A DNA stretch of 64,000 nt from the human T2T-CHM13v2.0 reference genome, Homo sapiens (GCF_009914755.1 NC_060936.1); one strand, 5' to 3'; shown: positions 14,347-34,772, counted from the first letter of the stretch. Notes: generated by a model from the letters alone, not told the origin. Translations and numbers: made by a program.

Positions 14347-14774
14347 CCATCCCTGCACATTTTTACTAACAGATTCAATTTCTTTGAGATTACTATGTCT
14401 CTTTGAGTCTGTAATCTTTTTTGAGTTCCTTTTGATGAATTATATTTTTCTAAAAAATTGTCCATTTTATCTAAAAAATTATCCATTTTATCTAAGTTTT
14501 CATATTTATTCATAAAAAGTTATACTCTCACATTAACTTTTGACTCTCTGCTATATCTATAGTTACATCCTGTGTTTCATTCCTAAATTCATTAATCTTT
14601 GTCTTCTCTCGTATTTTTGTCATTTGTTTTGCCAGAGGTTTGTCTATTTTTTAGTCTTTGCAAAGAACCAAATTTTGTCTTTGTTGATCCTTTCTATTGT
14701 CTTGATTTTCTTTTTCATTACCTTTGCTTTTATGTTTATTACTTTCTATCTTCCTTTTAAAAAACAGCTTTATT

Positions 14775-14980
14775 GGCAGGCGTGGTGGCTCATGCTTGTA
14801 ATCCCAGAACTTTGGGAAGGTGAGGTAGGCGGATAACAAGGTCAGGAGTTTGAGACCAGCCTGACCAACGTGGTGAAACCCCGTCTCTACTAAAAATACA
14901 AAAATTAGCTGGGCGTGGCGGCACACGCCTGTAATCCCAGCTACTCAGGAGTCCGAGGAAAAACAAACAAACAAACAAAC
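14775..14980 (+). mobile_element. AluS lacking most of the right arm, (AAAC)n tail
   Basis: body ends at ctactcaggagtccgagg then tail; TSD aaaaaacagctttattg at 14759-14775 and 14981-14997. Confidence 0.9.
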
Positions 14981-14984
14981 AAAA

Positions 14985-15510
14985 AACAGCTTTATTGAGA
15001 TAATAAGTCACATGCCAACAATTTACCCCAGTGACATACTTCAGTGGCTTTTGTTACAGTCACAGAGTTTAATCATCACCCCACTCAATTTTAGTACATT
15101 TTCATTTACCCAGAAAGAAACCCGGCACCCCTTAACTATCACTCCCTCACATCCAACTCCTTTCCCTCAGCTTGAGGCAACCATGAATCCACTTCCTGTT
15201 TCTACAGATTTGCCTATTCCGGCTGTTTCACGTATGTGTAATCATATAATATGTGGTCCTTTGCCACTGGCTTCTTTCACTTAGCATCGTGTTTTCCAGG
15301 ATTATCCATGTGGCATGTCTCAGTATTACATTTCTTTATTGCTGCATAATATTTCATGGTATGGATACATCACATTTTGTCTATCCATTCATCGGTTGAT
15401 AGACTTTTGGATCAGTTGATCCACTTTTTGGCTATTATAAATAATACTGCTGTGAACATTCATGTAAAGCTTTGGTTTAGACATATTTTCATTTCTCTTG
15501 GGTACCTACC
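14985..15510 (-). mobile_element. L1MB-like 3' end
   Basis: cagctttattgagataataa...atttgcctattccgg...ttccactttttggctatta. Confidence 0.7.
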
Positions 15511-15874
15511 TTCTTTCTTTTGGCGAATTTAGTTGTTCCTTTTCTAACTTTCAAAGTAGAATGCTTACCTCATATAATCTTGGGATTTTCTTTTGGTGGA
15601 AATTGACAAACTGATTATAAATTTTTGAGAAGTGCTACAGTTAGCTAACAACTGGAGAATGACTGTTGTTTTTAATCATGCATAGAGTATTTATACTATT
15701 GGCTCTAAAGCAAGTCTCAAGAAATTTCAAGTAATTGGAATCATATGAACCATATTTTATTACAATGCAATTAAGGTAGAAACCAATTTTTGAAAAGTTA
15801 ACCAAAAAGATTCTATACATTTAAAAATCTGAAGGAGAAACTGAAAAATAATTAATGAGGAAAGATTGAAATTA

Positions 15875-16176
15875 CATTCACGTGTTGCATAACATTTTGA
15901 TCAATGATGGACTGCATGTACAACGGTGGTCCTATACAATTATAAAATCATATTATCACCATACCTTTTCCATGTTTAGATGTACAAATACCATCTTGTC
16001 ATAATTGCCTACAGTATTTATTACCCTAATCTGCTGTAGAGGTTTGTAGCCTAGGTGTGTAGTAGGCTATACCATTTAGGTTTGTGTAAGAACACCCTAT
16101 GATGTTCAAACAACAATAAAATAGCTTAACGAAACATTTCTCAGAATGTATCCCTGTCATGAAGTGACACACACTG
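15875..16176 (+). mobile_element. Tigger3a-like DNA transposon
   Basis: both degenerate termini present and TA-flanked; same family as 6028-6317. Confidence 0.8.
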
Positions 16177-16284
16177 TACAATGGTAATTTAAAAACAAAG
16201 AACTTGCTGGAAGTACAGTTGGGATTGCTTTGAATCCAGAAAACATAAACATTTAAGTTTTCTTCTAAATATTTTAGCTGCATC

Positions 16285-16303
16285 ATATATATATATATAT
16301 ATG

Positions 16304-16356
<53 letters not shown>
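16285..16356. repeat. (TA)n(TG)n(TA)n microsatellite in an Alu tail
   Basis: read directly. Confidence 0.95.
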
Positions 16357-16656
<300 letters not shown>

Positions 16657-16990
16657 TAAAATTGTTTTCATTCTCATTTAGTTCTATATGTTTTTAAATT
16701 ATCTTTGTAATTTCTGCTTCTTGTGAATAGATCTTATATATCATTGCTTTGATTAATTTCTAGGTATGTTTTTGAAGCTACCGGAAATGATTCTTTTAGA
16801 ACTCTTTGTTTATTGATGGTATGTAGAAATAGAGTTATTTTTGTATATTGACTTTCCAATCCTTTTCCCCTTTTCCTTTTTCTTCCTTATTGTTCTGGCT
16901 AGGCCCATCAATACAGTGCTAAAACAAAAATGATGTTAGTGGGCATATTTGTCTGATTCCCACTTCATAGGGAACGCTTTCACGTTTTCA

Positions 16991-20186
<3,196 letters not shown>

Positions 20187-22269
20187 AAGAATGGTATTTG
20201 TGGTAGGTTTTGTTCTGTGGATATTCTTTATCAAATTAACATTATTGTTTATTTTAATTCTCAAATTGCTCTAGATTTGGCTAGCAGGAGCTCTTCCAGG
20301 CTAGCTCTTCAGTTTTTGACATGCTTCCATCATTTTTTTGAGCTACTTCTTACCACAAGATGTTCATCTTGTACACACCTTGTACAGCCCTCGAGTCAAT
20401 TGATTTCTTTTAGTGAGAAGTGGTATTTATTTAGAATCTAAGTTGTGAGGGCTACTGATGTGGCTTTGCTTCCAGGTCCTCTCAAAAGGCTGAGCTGGGA
20501 AATGTATTTGTTCAGATAAATTTATCTATCTAAATCTATCTTATTGTCTATCTAAACATATCTATCTAAATATAGCTATATAAATCTCTGTATCTCTCTA
20601 TCTCTCTGTATCTAAAACCATAAATTCATTCTAATAACTGGAATTCCAGTTCAAAACCACAGGATACTTTCCAGAGTTTTCTCTTTTTCTAATTGTAACT
20701 CTTTTCCCTAATGGTGAGAATCCTGGTTCTGCTAATGTCAATACGCTAGCTTATTTCCTTAAGCCAGAATATATAGAAGGTAGTTTCAGGATTTCTAAAT
20801 ATTTTTTAATTCGGGTGTTTATCTGCTTCCTCTTATGGCTTCACATCACTGAGGATTTCTGCTGATTGTCCTTGTGGAGCTCTGTCTCTGTCTCTTGGGT
20901 GTCCTGAGACTTGTTGCTCATGAAGACACAAATCAGGTTATTGGAGCACCCTGAATGTTAAGAACTGTTCAGATGATAGGAGGAAAAGCATTCTGTACCC
21001 TCTGTGGGCTGGATGTGAATTCCCTTCTGAGCCACCTGGAGTCTGTCATTACCTTGCCAAGATACCTGGAGGAAGCCTGTCCTGTCGCTGATCTCCCTGA
21101 ACTATCGCACTCTCCATGGCAAGGAAGATGCAACCGATTGTTGACTCATCTTGGCCTTTTGAGGAGAATTGATCTACTCACATGGGGACAAGATTGATTT
21201 TCATTTTGGAAATTATATTTTTAACTTTCAGGATACAGCTATTAAAAAGATTCACATTTATTGGGAAACCAAATAACATCACTAAAACCAACTAAACAAT
21301 GACAAAAAAACCCTAAAACTCTTGGATTAAAAGCAAATCATCAATAAACTAAAACATATTTAGAACTGAGTGATAATGTAAACACTACACATCAAAAGGA
21401 AGCTGCCCTCCTTCCTTTCTTCAAATGTTTCCTCCTCTGTTTCAACATCTGCCTGCCTTCTTCCTATCCATCATTCTTTTTTTATTGTATGTGTGTATGT
21501 GTGTGTGTGTTGGTTTAGATTCTGAACAATATATAAGTGACCAACATAAATCAGGTAGATTGGTGCTGACCAATAGGGTAGCAACACTGCTAACAGAACA
21601 AAAAAAACTGAAAATATGCTTGGAACAATATGCTCTATAAACAACTATATAACTGTGCAAGTAATTGGACTACTTTAAGTTTTGATAGGGATGATTTTAA
21701 AAAATTGAATATATATAATACTTGAAATCTAAACTATTAGCTAAAATTTGAGTATATTTTTTTCTGGAGCATATTGAATATGCAGTTATGAAGTAATCTC
21801 AGCTATATTCAACTGATGTTTTATTTCCTCTAGAGTCTAACTAATGTTAGACAAAATTTTGCTGCGTTGTTTTTTCCTTAAGGACCAATATAGAGAAATG
21901 ATTTTCTTGTTTAATATTGAATTTAGTTGATGAATGTGGACATCATATCCTAATTTTGTTGTCTAATCTCAGTAGCCTTTTGGTTATGAAAAATAAAAGC
22001 TCTGGTTGGTTTTAGCTAAGGACACAGACTTCAGAGAGAGTTGAAGACAATACATGGTGTCTTTGTCCCTGGTGCTTATCCCTGTGCCTTTTTTTAAACC
22101 ACCCTGGTTCATATTTCTAGCACTGCAGAAATGATAAATAAGCCAGAAACATTAGCATAAGGGCAGTCAAGTGACTTATTGATGTATTATTTCCAAATTG
22201 GAATGATTCTTCTTTATTAAATATCTGAAAGTTCTTGTGTAATTTCAAAACTTCTTTCTCCCTTGGCAG

Positions 22270-22500
22270 AAATAGGAGAACCAGTGTTAGGAAAGCAGCA
22301 CAACGATACCTGATGGATTACTTGAATCCTCTAATATTAAGTTATGTTAAAAGAAAGAGGTTCCATCGTCTATCACTTGAAGAGATGCCCTGGAGAGCTC
22401 AGATGAACCTGTATCTAGCAGGTGCACACTTTAACCTGGTTTTACAAAAGCTATGGGAGTGTACGAAGATGAAATTTGGCACATCACATATGATGGTCAG
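22270..22500 (+). CDS. CFAP54: CFAP54 exon E6, (R)NRRTSVRKAAQRYLMDYLNPLILSYVKRKRFHRLSLEEMPWRAQMNLYLAGAHFNLVLQKLWECTKMKFGTSHMMV
   Basis: ttctcccttggcag acceptor, gtatag donor; 231 nt, phase 2 to 2; inside track ORF 22235-22543. Confidence 0.92.
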
Positions 22501-22629
22501 GTATAGTATATTACTGATGAAAAATACTTTTTTAGTTTCATGAACATGGATTGTATTTGTATGTTCAGAGCTCCAATGGTGCTAACAACTTAAGGAGGTT
22601 TACAGAGTGCTTCTATCTTTATACTGGCT

Positions 22630-22981
22630 CTATTAGTCTGTTCTCACACTGCTATAAAGAACTTCCCGAGACTGGTAATTTATAAAGGAAGAAGGTTTAA
22701 TTTAACTCACAGTTCCATTGGGGAGGGCTCAAGAAACGTAATCATGGTAGAAGGGGAAGCAAACATGTCCTTCTACACATGGTGGCAGGAGAGAGAAGTG
22801 CAAGGGAAATACCATATGCTCATAAAACGATCAGATCTTGTGAGACTCATTATCATGAGAACAGCATGGGGAAAACTGCCCCCATGATTCAGTTACCTCC
22901 ACCTGGTCCTGCCCTTGACACGTGGGGATTATTACAATTCAAAGTGAGCTTTGGGTGGGGACAGAGAGCCAAACCATATCA
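22630..22981 (-). mobile_element. THE1D/MSTA-like solo LTR (ERVL-MaLR)
   Basis: tattagtctgttctcacactgctataaaga...gagaacagcatggggaaa...ccaaaccatatca. Confidence 0.88.
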
Positions 22982-23348
22982 CTAACCATTGGTTTATTTC
23001 TTAAGTTTTAATCTCAGAATCTTTCACAATTATGTGCTGGATATAAGTGATAATTTGATTGTAGCTTGAATATGTTTGTTGATCTAGCTTTCAGTGCAAG
23101 GGTAAAATGTAATTCCAAGAGAAGTTTAATATGAATTATAGAATAAATGTAGATATTAGTAGGCATTAGGCAAATGTCTATTTCATAGAGGCGTACTTTA
23201 AGATCATATTTACTCACCCAATGTCAATTTTCTATCATTAACTCAACAGACATTTTTAAGCACTTACTGAGTGTCTTTGGCTAAGTGCTGTGAGAGATAA
23301 AAATAGAAGATACATACATAATATGGAATACTGTGTAGCTATTAAAAA

Positions 23349-25204
<1,856 letters not shown>

Positions 25205-25283
25205 GAATAATGAATATAAACTATTTATTTTTTTTGATGCAAGACTGTTCAATGCCTAGACCTTATTTTAAAAAAGAAATGAG

Positions 25284-25602
<319 letters not shown>

Positions 25603-25967
25603 TTATGGACACATTACTATATATAGTAAGCATTGTCATTGAGTTCTGTTCAAATCAGGTGGTTTTAAGTTGAAATAAATTATCGTTTCAGAGCTCACAG
25701 AGCCGGCACAGATATTTTTATTCCCATTTTCAAGAGCCCTTTCAGAGAAATATATATTGATGTTAAAATTCCTAAGAGCAAAATTACATTGCATAATTTT
25801 AAAAGTTAGTGAAAAAATGTTGGGCTTTGATTAAGTGACAAAACCCTTCATGATTTAAAATTTGGGAGTACTCACAAATGTTTTAAAAATAAAAATAGAT
25901 TGCATTTGACAGATTTAATTCAATTTTGCTTATATTGTTTTTTAATATGATTTTTCCCCCCTTGCAG

Positions 25968-26110
25968 TTTCCGATCATGTGATCCTAACATGTTTTCACT
26001 GTATAATTCAGGAACAGTATTACCAACAAGAAAATTGACTGTAGAAAATTATAAAGCAATGCTTGATTTCCTTCTTACAGCCAAAAAAAGAAAGGCCAAC
26101 TTACCATCAG
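25968..26110 (+). CDS. CFAP54: CFAP54 exon E7, (S)FRSCDPNMFSLYNSGTVLPTRKLTVENYKAMLDFLLTAKKRKANLPS
   Basis: ccccttgcag acceptor, gtaaaa donor; 143 nt, phase 2 to 1. Confidence 0.92.
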
Positions 26111-26673
26111 GTAAAATAAACATGTTAGTTTATTATTAAATTACCTCTAGATTTTTATTCACTAAACAACACAGCACACATACACATTGTGGACACACAA
26201 ATGTATACACCCAGTTTTCCAAAGGACCAGCAATTTAGTTGAGTTTTGATATTTTGTAGGAGATTCTTGTTTGCTCTATTTTAAAAAATTTCTATATTCT
26301 TATGATATTATTGCATATATTTGGAAATATCTATTTTGTATTTTAACCTTAGCCAATTAGATTGTTCAGCAAATATAATGTTTTAAATTTAATATTCATA
26401 GCCTTTGGTGGTTCAAGATAGGTGAAGACTTGCTATTGGGTATTATGTTTTAGTGCAAATAAGTTCCCAAGCAAAATCCATCAAACATACTAATACAAGC
26501 AGTCACCCAAACTATCATGATAGCTGATTTTGTATTCAGGGGAATCCACCATTGCCCTAGGATTTCCAACCAGCATCTTCCAAGAAAGCTCACTCTAAGA
26601 TGAATGAAGCCTTGTTATCTAGTCAGGTGACAGGGGGCTCCAAAAGGTAGAGACATGCAGGTAAACAGGGTTC

Positions 26674-26979
26674 TTTTTTTTTTTTTTTTTTTTTTTTTTG
26701 GAGACGGAGTCTCACCCTATCACCTGGGCTGGAGTGCAGTGGCGATCTCGGCTGGCTGCAACCTCCGCCTCCTGAATTCAAGCGATTCTCCTGCCTCAGC
26801 CTCCCCAGTAGCTGGGATTACAGGCACGTGCCACCGCGCCTGGCTAATTTTTTGTATTTTTAGTAAAGACGGGGTTTCACTATGTTGGCCAGGCTGGTCT
26901 CCAACTCCTGACCTTGTGATCCACCTGCCTCTGCCTCCCAAAGTGTTGGAATTACAGGCGTGAGCCACTGCGCCCGGCC
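26674..26979 (-). mobile_element. AluS
   Basis: full dimer; TSD aaacagggttctt. Confidence 0.95.
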
Positions 26980-27982
26980 GAAAACAGGGTTCTTGATCAG
27001 GGTGTGCTCTGGAAACTGTAGTCTGACGAACCTGACTAATTTCCACACCCCTTTCCTGCAAAGATGATGGAACCTGGACACTTTCTAACCAATGATATGG
27101 TTCATTTCACAAATAAAAATTTATTTCTAATGCCTTTAGGCTCTTACATACTCATATAGACTTTTAGTAATGACATTTTAAGTGCTATGGGATTTATTGC
27201 CAACCAGAGTTCTTGGTATGCCAGTTAATGCCCCAGGAGTGTTGATTTATGTTTGAGGGACTTGGCATGCTTTCTGACTTCTTCTAGGATATAGATTAGA
27301 TTTCACAGGTATGTGCATATCATACTGTGTATAGTGAAGTATTTGAAAGTGAATTCCATAGCCATAGAGTCTGGTTTTTGAATATAGATTTTAGTATACA
27401 GCTTCCTGAGTTTTTCTTTTTTTAAAACTGGCTCTCTACCTAAGACCTACCATGAAATTGGCAATAGAATATTTTGCTACCGAGACTTACTATCTAATGC
27501 AGGGTTCTAAGAGAAAGTTGGTGGCAGGAGAAAGCCTTCTTTTTTATGCCACACCAGGAGGGGAATGCGTGGCCGAGGTTGCTGCATTGCCTAACTCCAG
27601 AGGTGCAGCTCACTTTCTGATATATTGTCTTAGGAATGGCCTGTTTGGGAGGAAATGAAAGGACAGTAGTATTTTCTATTTTTCCTTTCAAAAAACATGT
27701 ACATTCCTACTTCTGCATTGTTCCTTTTGCCATCGACTTTGTCTGAAATGACGTTCTCTGTATTTCCCCATATAGCTAAATGATGCCCATTCTTTAAGAC
27801 CCAAATACCTCCTTCTCTAGAAACTTTCCCTGGTTCATTGTATCTCTGATAGTCTTGTCCTTTCTCCAAGTTTATGTAGCATTTGTTATCTGAATTACTC
27901 ACTTGATCCTTATCACCTACTGTGTTTTCTGGAACTTAATTCTATGTTTTTAATCATGTCATATCTTATTTTTGTACTGTAG

Positions 27983-28164
27983 ATGCTGAAGAATTTTCTA
28001 CATTTATTAATTCCATAATGAGTGATGAAAATATGTCCAAGACACAAACAGTTTATGACTCAGACTCTCAATCAGGTTCTAGTGCTAAAGAAAAGGACCG
28101 AGGAGCAAATTTGTGTGTAATGGATCATTTTATGAAAATCTTTTTATACTGCAGGAGAGCAATG
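27983..28164 (+). CDS. CFAP54: CFAP54 exon E8, (D)AEEFSTFINSIMSDENMSKTQTVYDSDSQSGSSAKEKDRGANLCVMDHFMKIFLYCRRAM
   Basis: tactgtag acceptor, gtaatg donor; 182 nt, phase 1 to 0. Confidence 0.92.
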
Positions 28165-28879
28165 GTAATGCAATCTTTCTTGTTTGCAGTGTAGTAGACA
28201 TAAATTTCAGCCCACCAACTTGGGCGTTTAAGATACATTGTGTTTATTTTCTTATTATACATAATTTTAGTTGTGACTTTGAGATCTCATCTTGCTGGGT
28301 GTATCCTAAGTCACTTTTGAGGTGTACCTGCAGTGATACTGAGGGCATGTGTTGTCCAGTTGTCAGGCAGAGGGGGGAAGCTTCTTTAGTCATTGCCAGC
28401 CATCCACCCAGAGCCCAGGTGTTCTTTGTCCCTGTTCATGCAGTTCCTATGAATATGCATGCACCTCTCTGCCGAGACATGGGGTTCTCTCATAATGCAA
28501 GGGGTTCCTCTATGGGGACTTGATCTCTCTTGGGGGTACCATAGATCTCTCTTTTCTTTCTAGGACAGGGAAAGATCTTTCTAGGCTCTAAGAGAACCCT
28601 GCCCTTGCCCCCGGTCTCCTTCTTCCCATCACTTCCATGTTCTCTCAAATGCTTTTCTTTCTTTTTCTTCTTAAATATTATATGAGACATGATTAAACCC
28701 AGAATTGGAATTGTTAGCTACAAAGAAATCAGTTTCTTTTTTTCACAGCAGGAAGGGCATAGGGCATATACTTTAAACTCCTCAAGAGGTAAAGAGAAAT
28801 CTATCCTTTCTAGATAAGAAAGGAAGACAGGTTCTCATATGCCCCATGGAGTGGACAGAGTGATTTTTACATAATGTAA

Positions 28880-29590
28880 TGTAAACCTGGATCACCTGCT
28901 TTGACCATAAGCATCGAATCCTATCCTGGCCTCCAGCTTCAGGGCCCTGGAAGAGCTGGTCCTGAGCACCTTGCAGAACTCAGCTCCTCTTACTCTTGCT
29001 GTTGTTTGGCTCACTCCCATGGGTCAGCAGTCTTGAAAGCACTTAGTTTGTTCCATCCTCAGCCCTCAGTTTCACCTTGCTGTTCCCTGAGCCTCAAATG
29101 CTCTTCTCCACCCAACACCCTCACTGCCACTTTCACATGACTTGTTCAATATTCAGATGTTTGCTCAAATGCTACCTCATCAGAGAGGACTTCTTTCCTG
29201 ACCACCCTGTCTAAAGCAACCTGTCCTGTAATGCTCTGTCAGGTTCCAACTCATTTCTGCTTTATTTTTCTTTATAAAACTTCTTATTGCTTGAAATTAT
29301 GTTTTTATATGTCTACTTTTCTAGTGTCCGTCTCCCGAAATGAACGTAAGCAGCATGAGGGCAGACCCAGTTTCCCTTGCTCGCTGCTGAATTCCCAGCA
29401 CCTAGAACAATGGGTTAGCCACGCTGAACCCATGACTCCATTTCCTCATCTGTAAATTGGGTAAAATACTAGTACCTAGTGCACACTTACTTCATGGAAA
29501 TCTTTGTTCGAAGTAAATGAGATAATGCATATAACAGTGTCTAACTCATGTAAGTGACCCTAACAAATGATGTTAGTTATTTTTACTATT
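28880..29590. mobile_element. L2 fragment followed by MIR
   Basis: ctcaaatgctacctcatcagagaggact; tttcctcatctgtaaattggg. Confidence 0.6.
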
Positions 29591-29679
29591 GACACATAAT
29601 ATTTGGAAAAAGATGAAGTTGTTCAGAGATCTGTAACTTTTGGAACTTTGGGATCTTTTAAATTTTGTGTTTGTCATAG

Positions 29680-29907
29680 GTTCTTGCTCATCGTGGTGGC
29701 TATTGGACTCTGCTTCAGAACTGCTGTCGGGCCTTATGGAACTTTACTCAGGAACTACAAATACTTCTTAAACAGGCAGTGGATCTTGATAAAACATTTC
29801 CTATTAGCCAAGATGGTTTCCTCTGCACCTCTGTTTTACCATTCTATTTGGGAGCAGAATTACTTATTGACATGTTAATACAACTACAAAATACCAGTTC
29901 TATTAAG
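29680..29907 (+). CDS. CFAP54: CFAP54 exon E9, VLAHRGGYWTLLQNCCRALWNFTQELQILLKQAVDLDKTFPISQDGFLCTSVLPFYLGAELLIDMLIQLQNTSSIK
   Basis: ttgtcatag acceptor, gtaaag donor; 228 nt, phase 0 to 0. Confidence 0.92.
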
Positions 29908-31080
29908 GTAAAGACACTTTGGTAATTATTTTTATTATATTCAGTTAAAAATATCGTACTGTGCATCTTGGTATAAGTAGAAACTGTTTTTTTTTTTATT
30001 TCTCATTTGGTTTGTCTACATTTCATTTGCTTCTCATTATAATTTTGTTTACAATATATAACTTGCATTGATGTTAACTAACAATAGCTTAGCCTGAAAA
30101 TTTAGCTTGTTATAGGGAAGGGAAAGTAACATGAACTGAACTCCAGCCCCTACATAAATTTGCCTTAATACACTTAATCCTTATAACAATTTTTTGCCAG
30201 ATAAAGAAATAGATTCCAAGGAAGATCACATAGCTTGAATAAAGATGTGATCAGCTGGTCTTTATTCCACTGCTTCTCTGTCCTGTTCTATTATTCTGGT
30301 CTGCTAGAATTTACAGCCATTTAAAATTTATCACACTGTGGTTTAAAGCATGGAAATAAAATTGAAGTAATATAAATAGAATATAACCTAAACGCATTGA
30401 AAATTAGTAAACACATACACATGTTGTGCCATGAGGCTTATAACATTTCTAGAGGAAAATATTTGGCAATGGCAGAAAAGACAAAGAGGGTAAATTATTA
30501 AGGTTTTTACACTTTATATAAAGTGGTACAATATTAACTCTAAGTGATAAGAATGTATTTAATGATCCCTTGAGTAACTAGTGAAAAAGAGACATAGCTG
30601 AAAAGTCAACGAAGTAAAAGGGAAGATTAAGTAATGCTCAGTTAACTCAAAAGAAGGCAGGGAAGAAGGAACAAAGGAACAAAAAACATGGGACAAAGAG
30701 AAAACAAGTAGAAAACATTCACTCTAACTCAATGATGTCAATAACTGTATTTACTATTAGTGGGTTAAAGATGCCAAATAAAGGGTAGACATTGTCTGAC
30801 TGGATAAAAAAGCAAGACACATGTACCCGTCTACCAGGAGAAGCACTCTGAATATAAAGAAACAGGTAGATTGAAAATAAAAATATGGAAAGAGATATAA
30901 CATGAGAACAATAACGATAAAAAAGCCGATGAGTCTATATTGTTAGACAAGATAATATAAATCAAGGAGCATTATGAGAGATAAAGAGGGACATTTCGTG
31001 TTAAGAAGAACCTCAATTAATCAGGAAGACATGTCAATCATAAATATGTATGTACCTAATAAGAAAAATTCAAAATACAT

Positions 31081-31375
31081 TCTGGACATCCAAAGCTTGA
31101 AGAACTTCCTGGTTGATAAACACGTTGATGTGTCAGGAGGGTGACATGCCCTGATTCCACAGGGAGAGGGCATGGCAGCTCTGTGCCAGGGACCCTCTCA
31201 GACTTCACTCCATGTACCTCTTCACTAGGCTGTTCCTGAGTTTTCTTTACAATAAAACTGTAATTGTAAGTACAGTGCTTTCAGTGAGTTCTATGAGTCA
31301 TTCTAGTGAATTATCAAATTGAAGGGGCTATGGAAACCCCTGAATTTATAGCTGGTCAGTCAGAAGATTAGGTGG
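31081..31375 (+). mobile_element. MER21C-like internal LTR fragment
   Basis: gaacttcctggttgataaacac...ctttacaataaaactgtaat...gagttctatgagtcattctagtgaattatc. Confidence 0.6.
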
Positions 31376-32311
31376 CCTGTCACAACTGTGGTACCGTAAA
31401 CCCAGGTGGAATGGAAACAGAGCGTAAGTGCACATGATGTGTTCACTGAGATGGGTCATATGCAGAGTCAAAAATAAGTCTTCAAAAATGTAAGACTGAA
31501 CTCTTGAAGAGTATGTTCTTTGACCATTACAGAATTAAATTATAAACGGTTTGCCATAATATAGGAAGAAAAATCTCCAAATATCTGGAAATTAAATAAT
31601 ACAATTCCAAATACCCCATGAGTCAAAGAAGAAAACACAAGAGAAATTAGAGAATATTTGAAACTAATAATAACACATCAAAATGTATGGCATTCAAATG
31701 AAGCAGGGCATAGACGGAAATTTATAGCTTTCAATGCTTAATAGGAAAGAAAAAACATATAATATCAATTATCTAAATGTTTATATATAGAAAAAAAGAG
31801 CAAATTAAATCTAAACTAAAGAGAAGAAAGGAAATAATAAAAAGAAATAAAAGAAATGATAAGAGCAGAAATCAATTAGATAAATATAAAGCAAAAACAA
31901 TAAAGTCAAAATTTGATCTTCTAAATTAAAAATTAAATCTAGTATACTCATAGAAATACTGATGAAGAACAAAAGTGAGAAAAGCACAAATTACTCATAT
32001 TAGTAGTGGAGAAGGGCTATAACTACAAATCCTATAGATATTAAAAAAGGAAATATGATCAATTTTTGTTAATAAGTTTGATCACTTAGGTGAAATGGAC
32101 ATATTTATTGGAAAGCACAACTTAACAATCTGACACAAGAAGAAACAGAAAATATGAATTGCCCTAAATGTACTAACAAACTTGACTTCATAATCAGAAA
32201 CCTTCACATAAAGAAAATTCCAGACCCACAATATTTCTTTGGAAAATTTGAGCAAACACACATGGAAGAAATAATACATTTTATACCAATGATTTTTATT
32301 TGGAAAATTTA

Positions 32312-32925
<614 letters not shown>

Positions 32926-34476
32926 TTTTTTTTTTTTTTTAAGAAATGAGACCAGCTTAACCCTAACAAATACCAACTGGAAAAGTATGAACTAATATCC
33001 CTCGTGAACATAGATTTGTCAATTCAGTGAAATCTCAGTGAAAATACCAATAGGCATTCTTTGGGGTATGAATTGAAATTCATTTTAAAATTTATAAGCA
33101 AATGCAAAAAAATGTGAATGGCCAAAAAAATTTTTTTTTAAAAGAACAAATTGGAGGATTCACTATATATGTGATATCAAGGCTTACTAAAGCTATGGTA
33201 ATTAGGAGAGTATGATACTGACCTAAAGAGAGAAATATATCAATGGAACAAATAGAATCTGAAAATAGACCCATATATATGGTTTTTTTTTTCCACCAAA
33301 GGATTCAAAGCAGTTCAGAGGTTTCAAAAAGAAATGTCAACTCTAGGACCTAGATTGTTGCATTTAAATACATTTATCACTAAAGGAAACAGGGCTTCTT
33401 TGGAAAAAAAAAAAAGCTTGACTACCTTACCTCCTATGTGAACTATATTTGAGGATGACCAAATAGTTGATGAAGAGGAATTTTTCTTTACAAAAGTATC
33501 CAGGTAATAAATGAAGAAAGGATGTTGGAATTAGAATTACTAGGTTTCTGTAATTCTTAATGAATGAATTGGAGGATCAAGAGCACCTTATGGAGTACAC
33601 TTGCCAAAAAACAGAAATCTAACTGGAATCAGTTAGAATACTTACATTTATCCCACAATTTGTAGAAAATACAGTGGACAGAAGAACATTTTAAATGAAA
33701 TTACAGGAATATCCTCAGTATAATTCAGATTATGGGAACTCTACAGGAAAACAATCTGATTTTTTTTAACAAAAAATTTAATAAAGGAGGAGATGAAATC
33801 TATAAATTAAAAAAGACAAGAGACATAACCAATTACAATGTTTGGACCTTATTTTAATCTAACTAACACATACAGTTAAAAAAATCTGTAAGGCAATAAG
33901 GGAAATGTAAACACTCTTCAGTATAATTATTCAATAATGATTTAAAGGAATTTCTGCTAATTTCTTTTTTTTAGGTAGGATTATAGTATTGTAGTTATGT
34001 TTTTGTATAACTAATTTTTACTTTTTAGAGATAAATACTAAAATATTCATAGATTAATTAATATAATTTTGGGGATATAATTCAAAATAATGGGGGAAGT
34101 GAGTATGTCCTAAGAGTTGATAATTATTGCAGCTGGTGGTGGGTACATGGGCTTCATTATATTATTTTCCCTACTTTTGTAAGTGTTAGAACTTTTCTTT
34201 AATAAAAAGTTTTTAAAAAATCACACATGGCCCATACAAAATCTTCAAAACTTAAAAGAGTCTGGCCTTGGCTGTGCCAGAAACCTCAATCTCCATATGC
34301 TATTTTGATCTCCAAATGTCAGTCTTGTTCATTTCTCAGTGTTGTTTATTTCTCAATGTTGCCAAATTTAGGAGATCAATAGACAATTCTCTCCCCCCCC
34401 CTCCCCTTTTGGATTGGGATCAACTGAGAGATGGGTGCTGAACAAGGCAATTGAGATAAAATATCAGCTTTGTTGG

Positions 34477-34772
34477 TTTTTTTTTTGAGATGGAGTTTTG
34501 CTCTTGTTGCCCAGGCTGGAGTACAATGGCACAATCTCGACTCACCACAACCTCCACCTCCTGGGTTCAAGCGATTCATTCTCCTGCCTCAGCCTCCTGA
34601 GTAGCTGAGATTACAGGCATGCGCCACCACACCCAGCTAATTTTGTATTTTTAGTAGAGACAGGGTTTCTCCATGTTGGTCAGGCTGGTCTCAAACTCCC
34701 GACCTCAGTTGATCTGCCCTCCTCGGCCTCCCGAAATGCTGGGATTACAGGCATGAGCCACCATGCCTGGCC
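34477..34772 (-). mobile_element. AluSp/Sq-like
   Basis: gagttttgctcttgttgccc and tttctccatgttggtcagg diagnostics; TSD tcagctt. Confidence 0.93.

Noticed and set aside
20955-21197. 80-aa ORF in a GC-richer intronic patch
   Set aside because: No recognisable homology, no convincing splice-site pair, and E5 joins E6 in frame without it.
27651-27660. GGAAATGAAA, an ETS-IRF composite-like motif in unique intron sequence
   Set aside because: An 8-base-specified motif is expected by chance in 64 kb on two strands; no supporting data.
31081-31375. MER21 fragment as a possible inverted local copy of the MER21 at 38665-39463
   Set aside because: By eye the two differ too much and look like different subfamilies.
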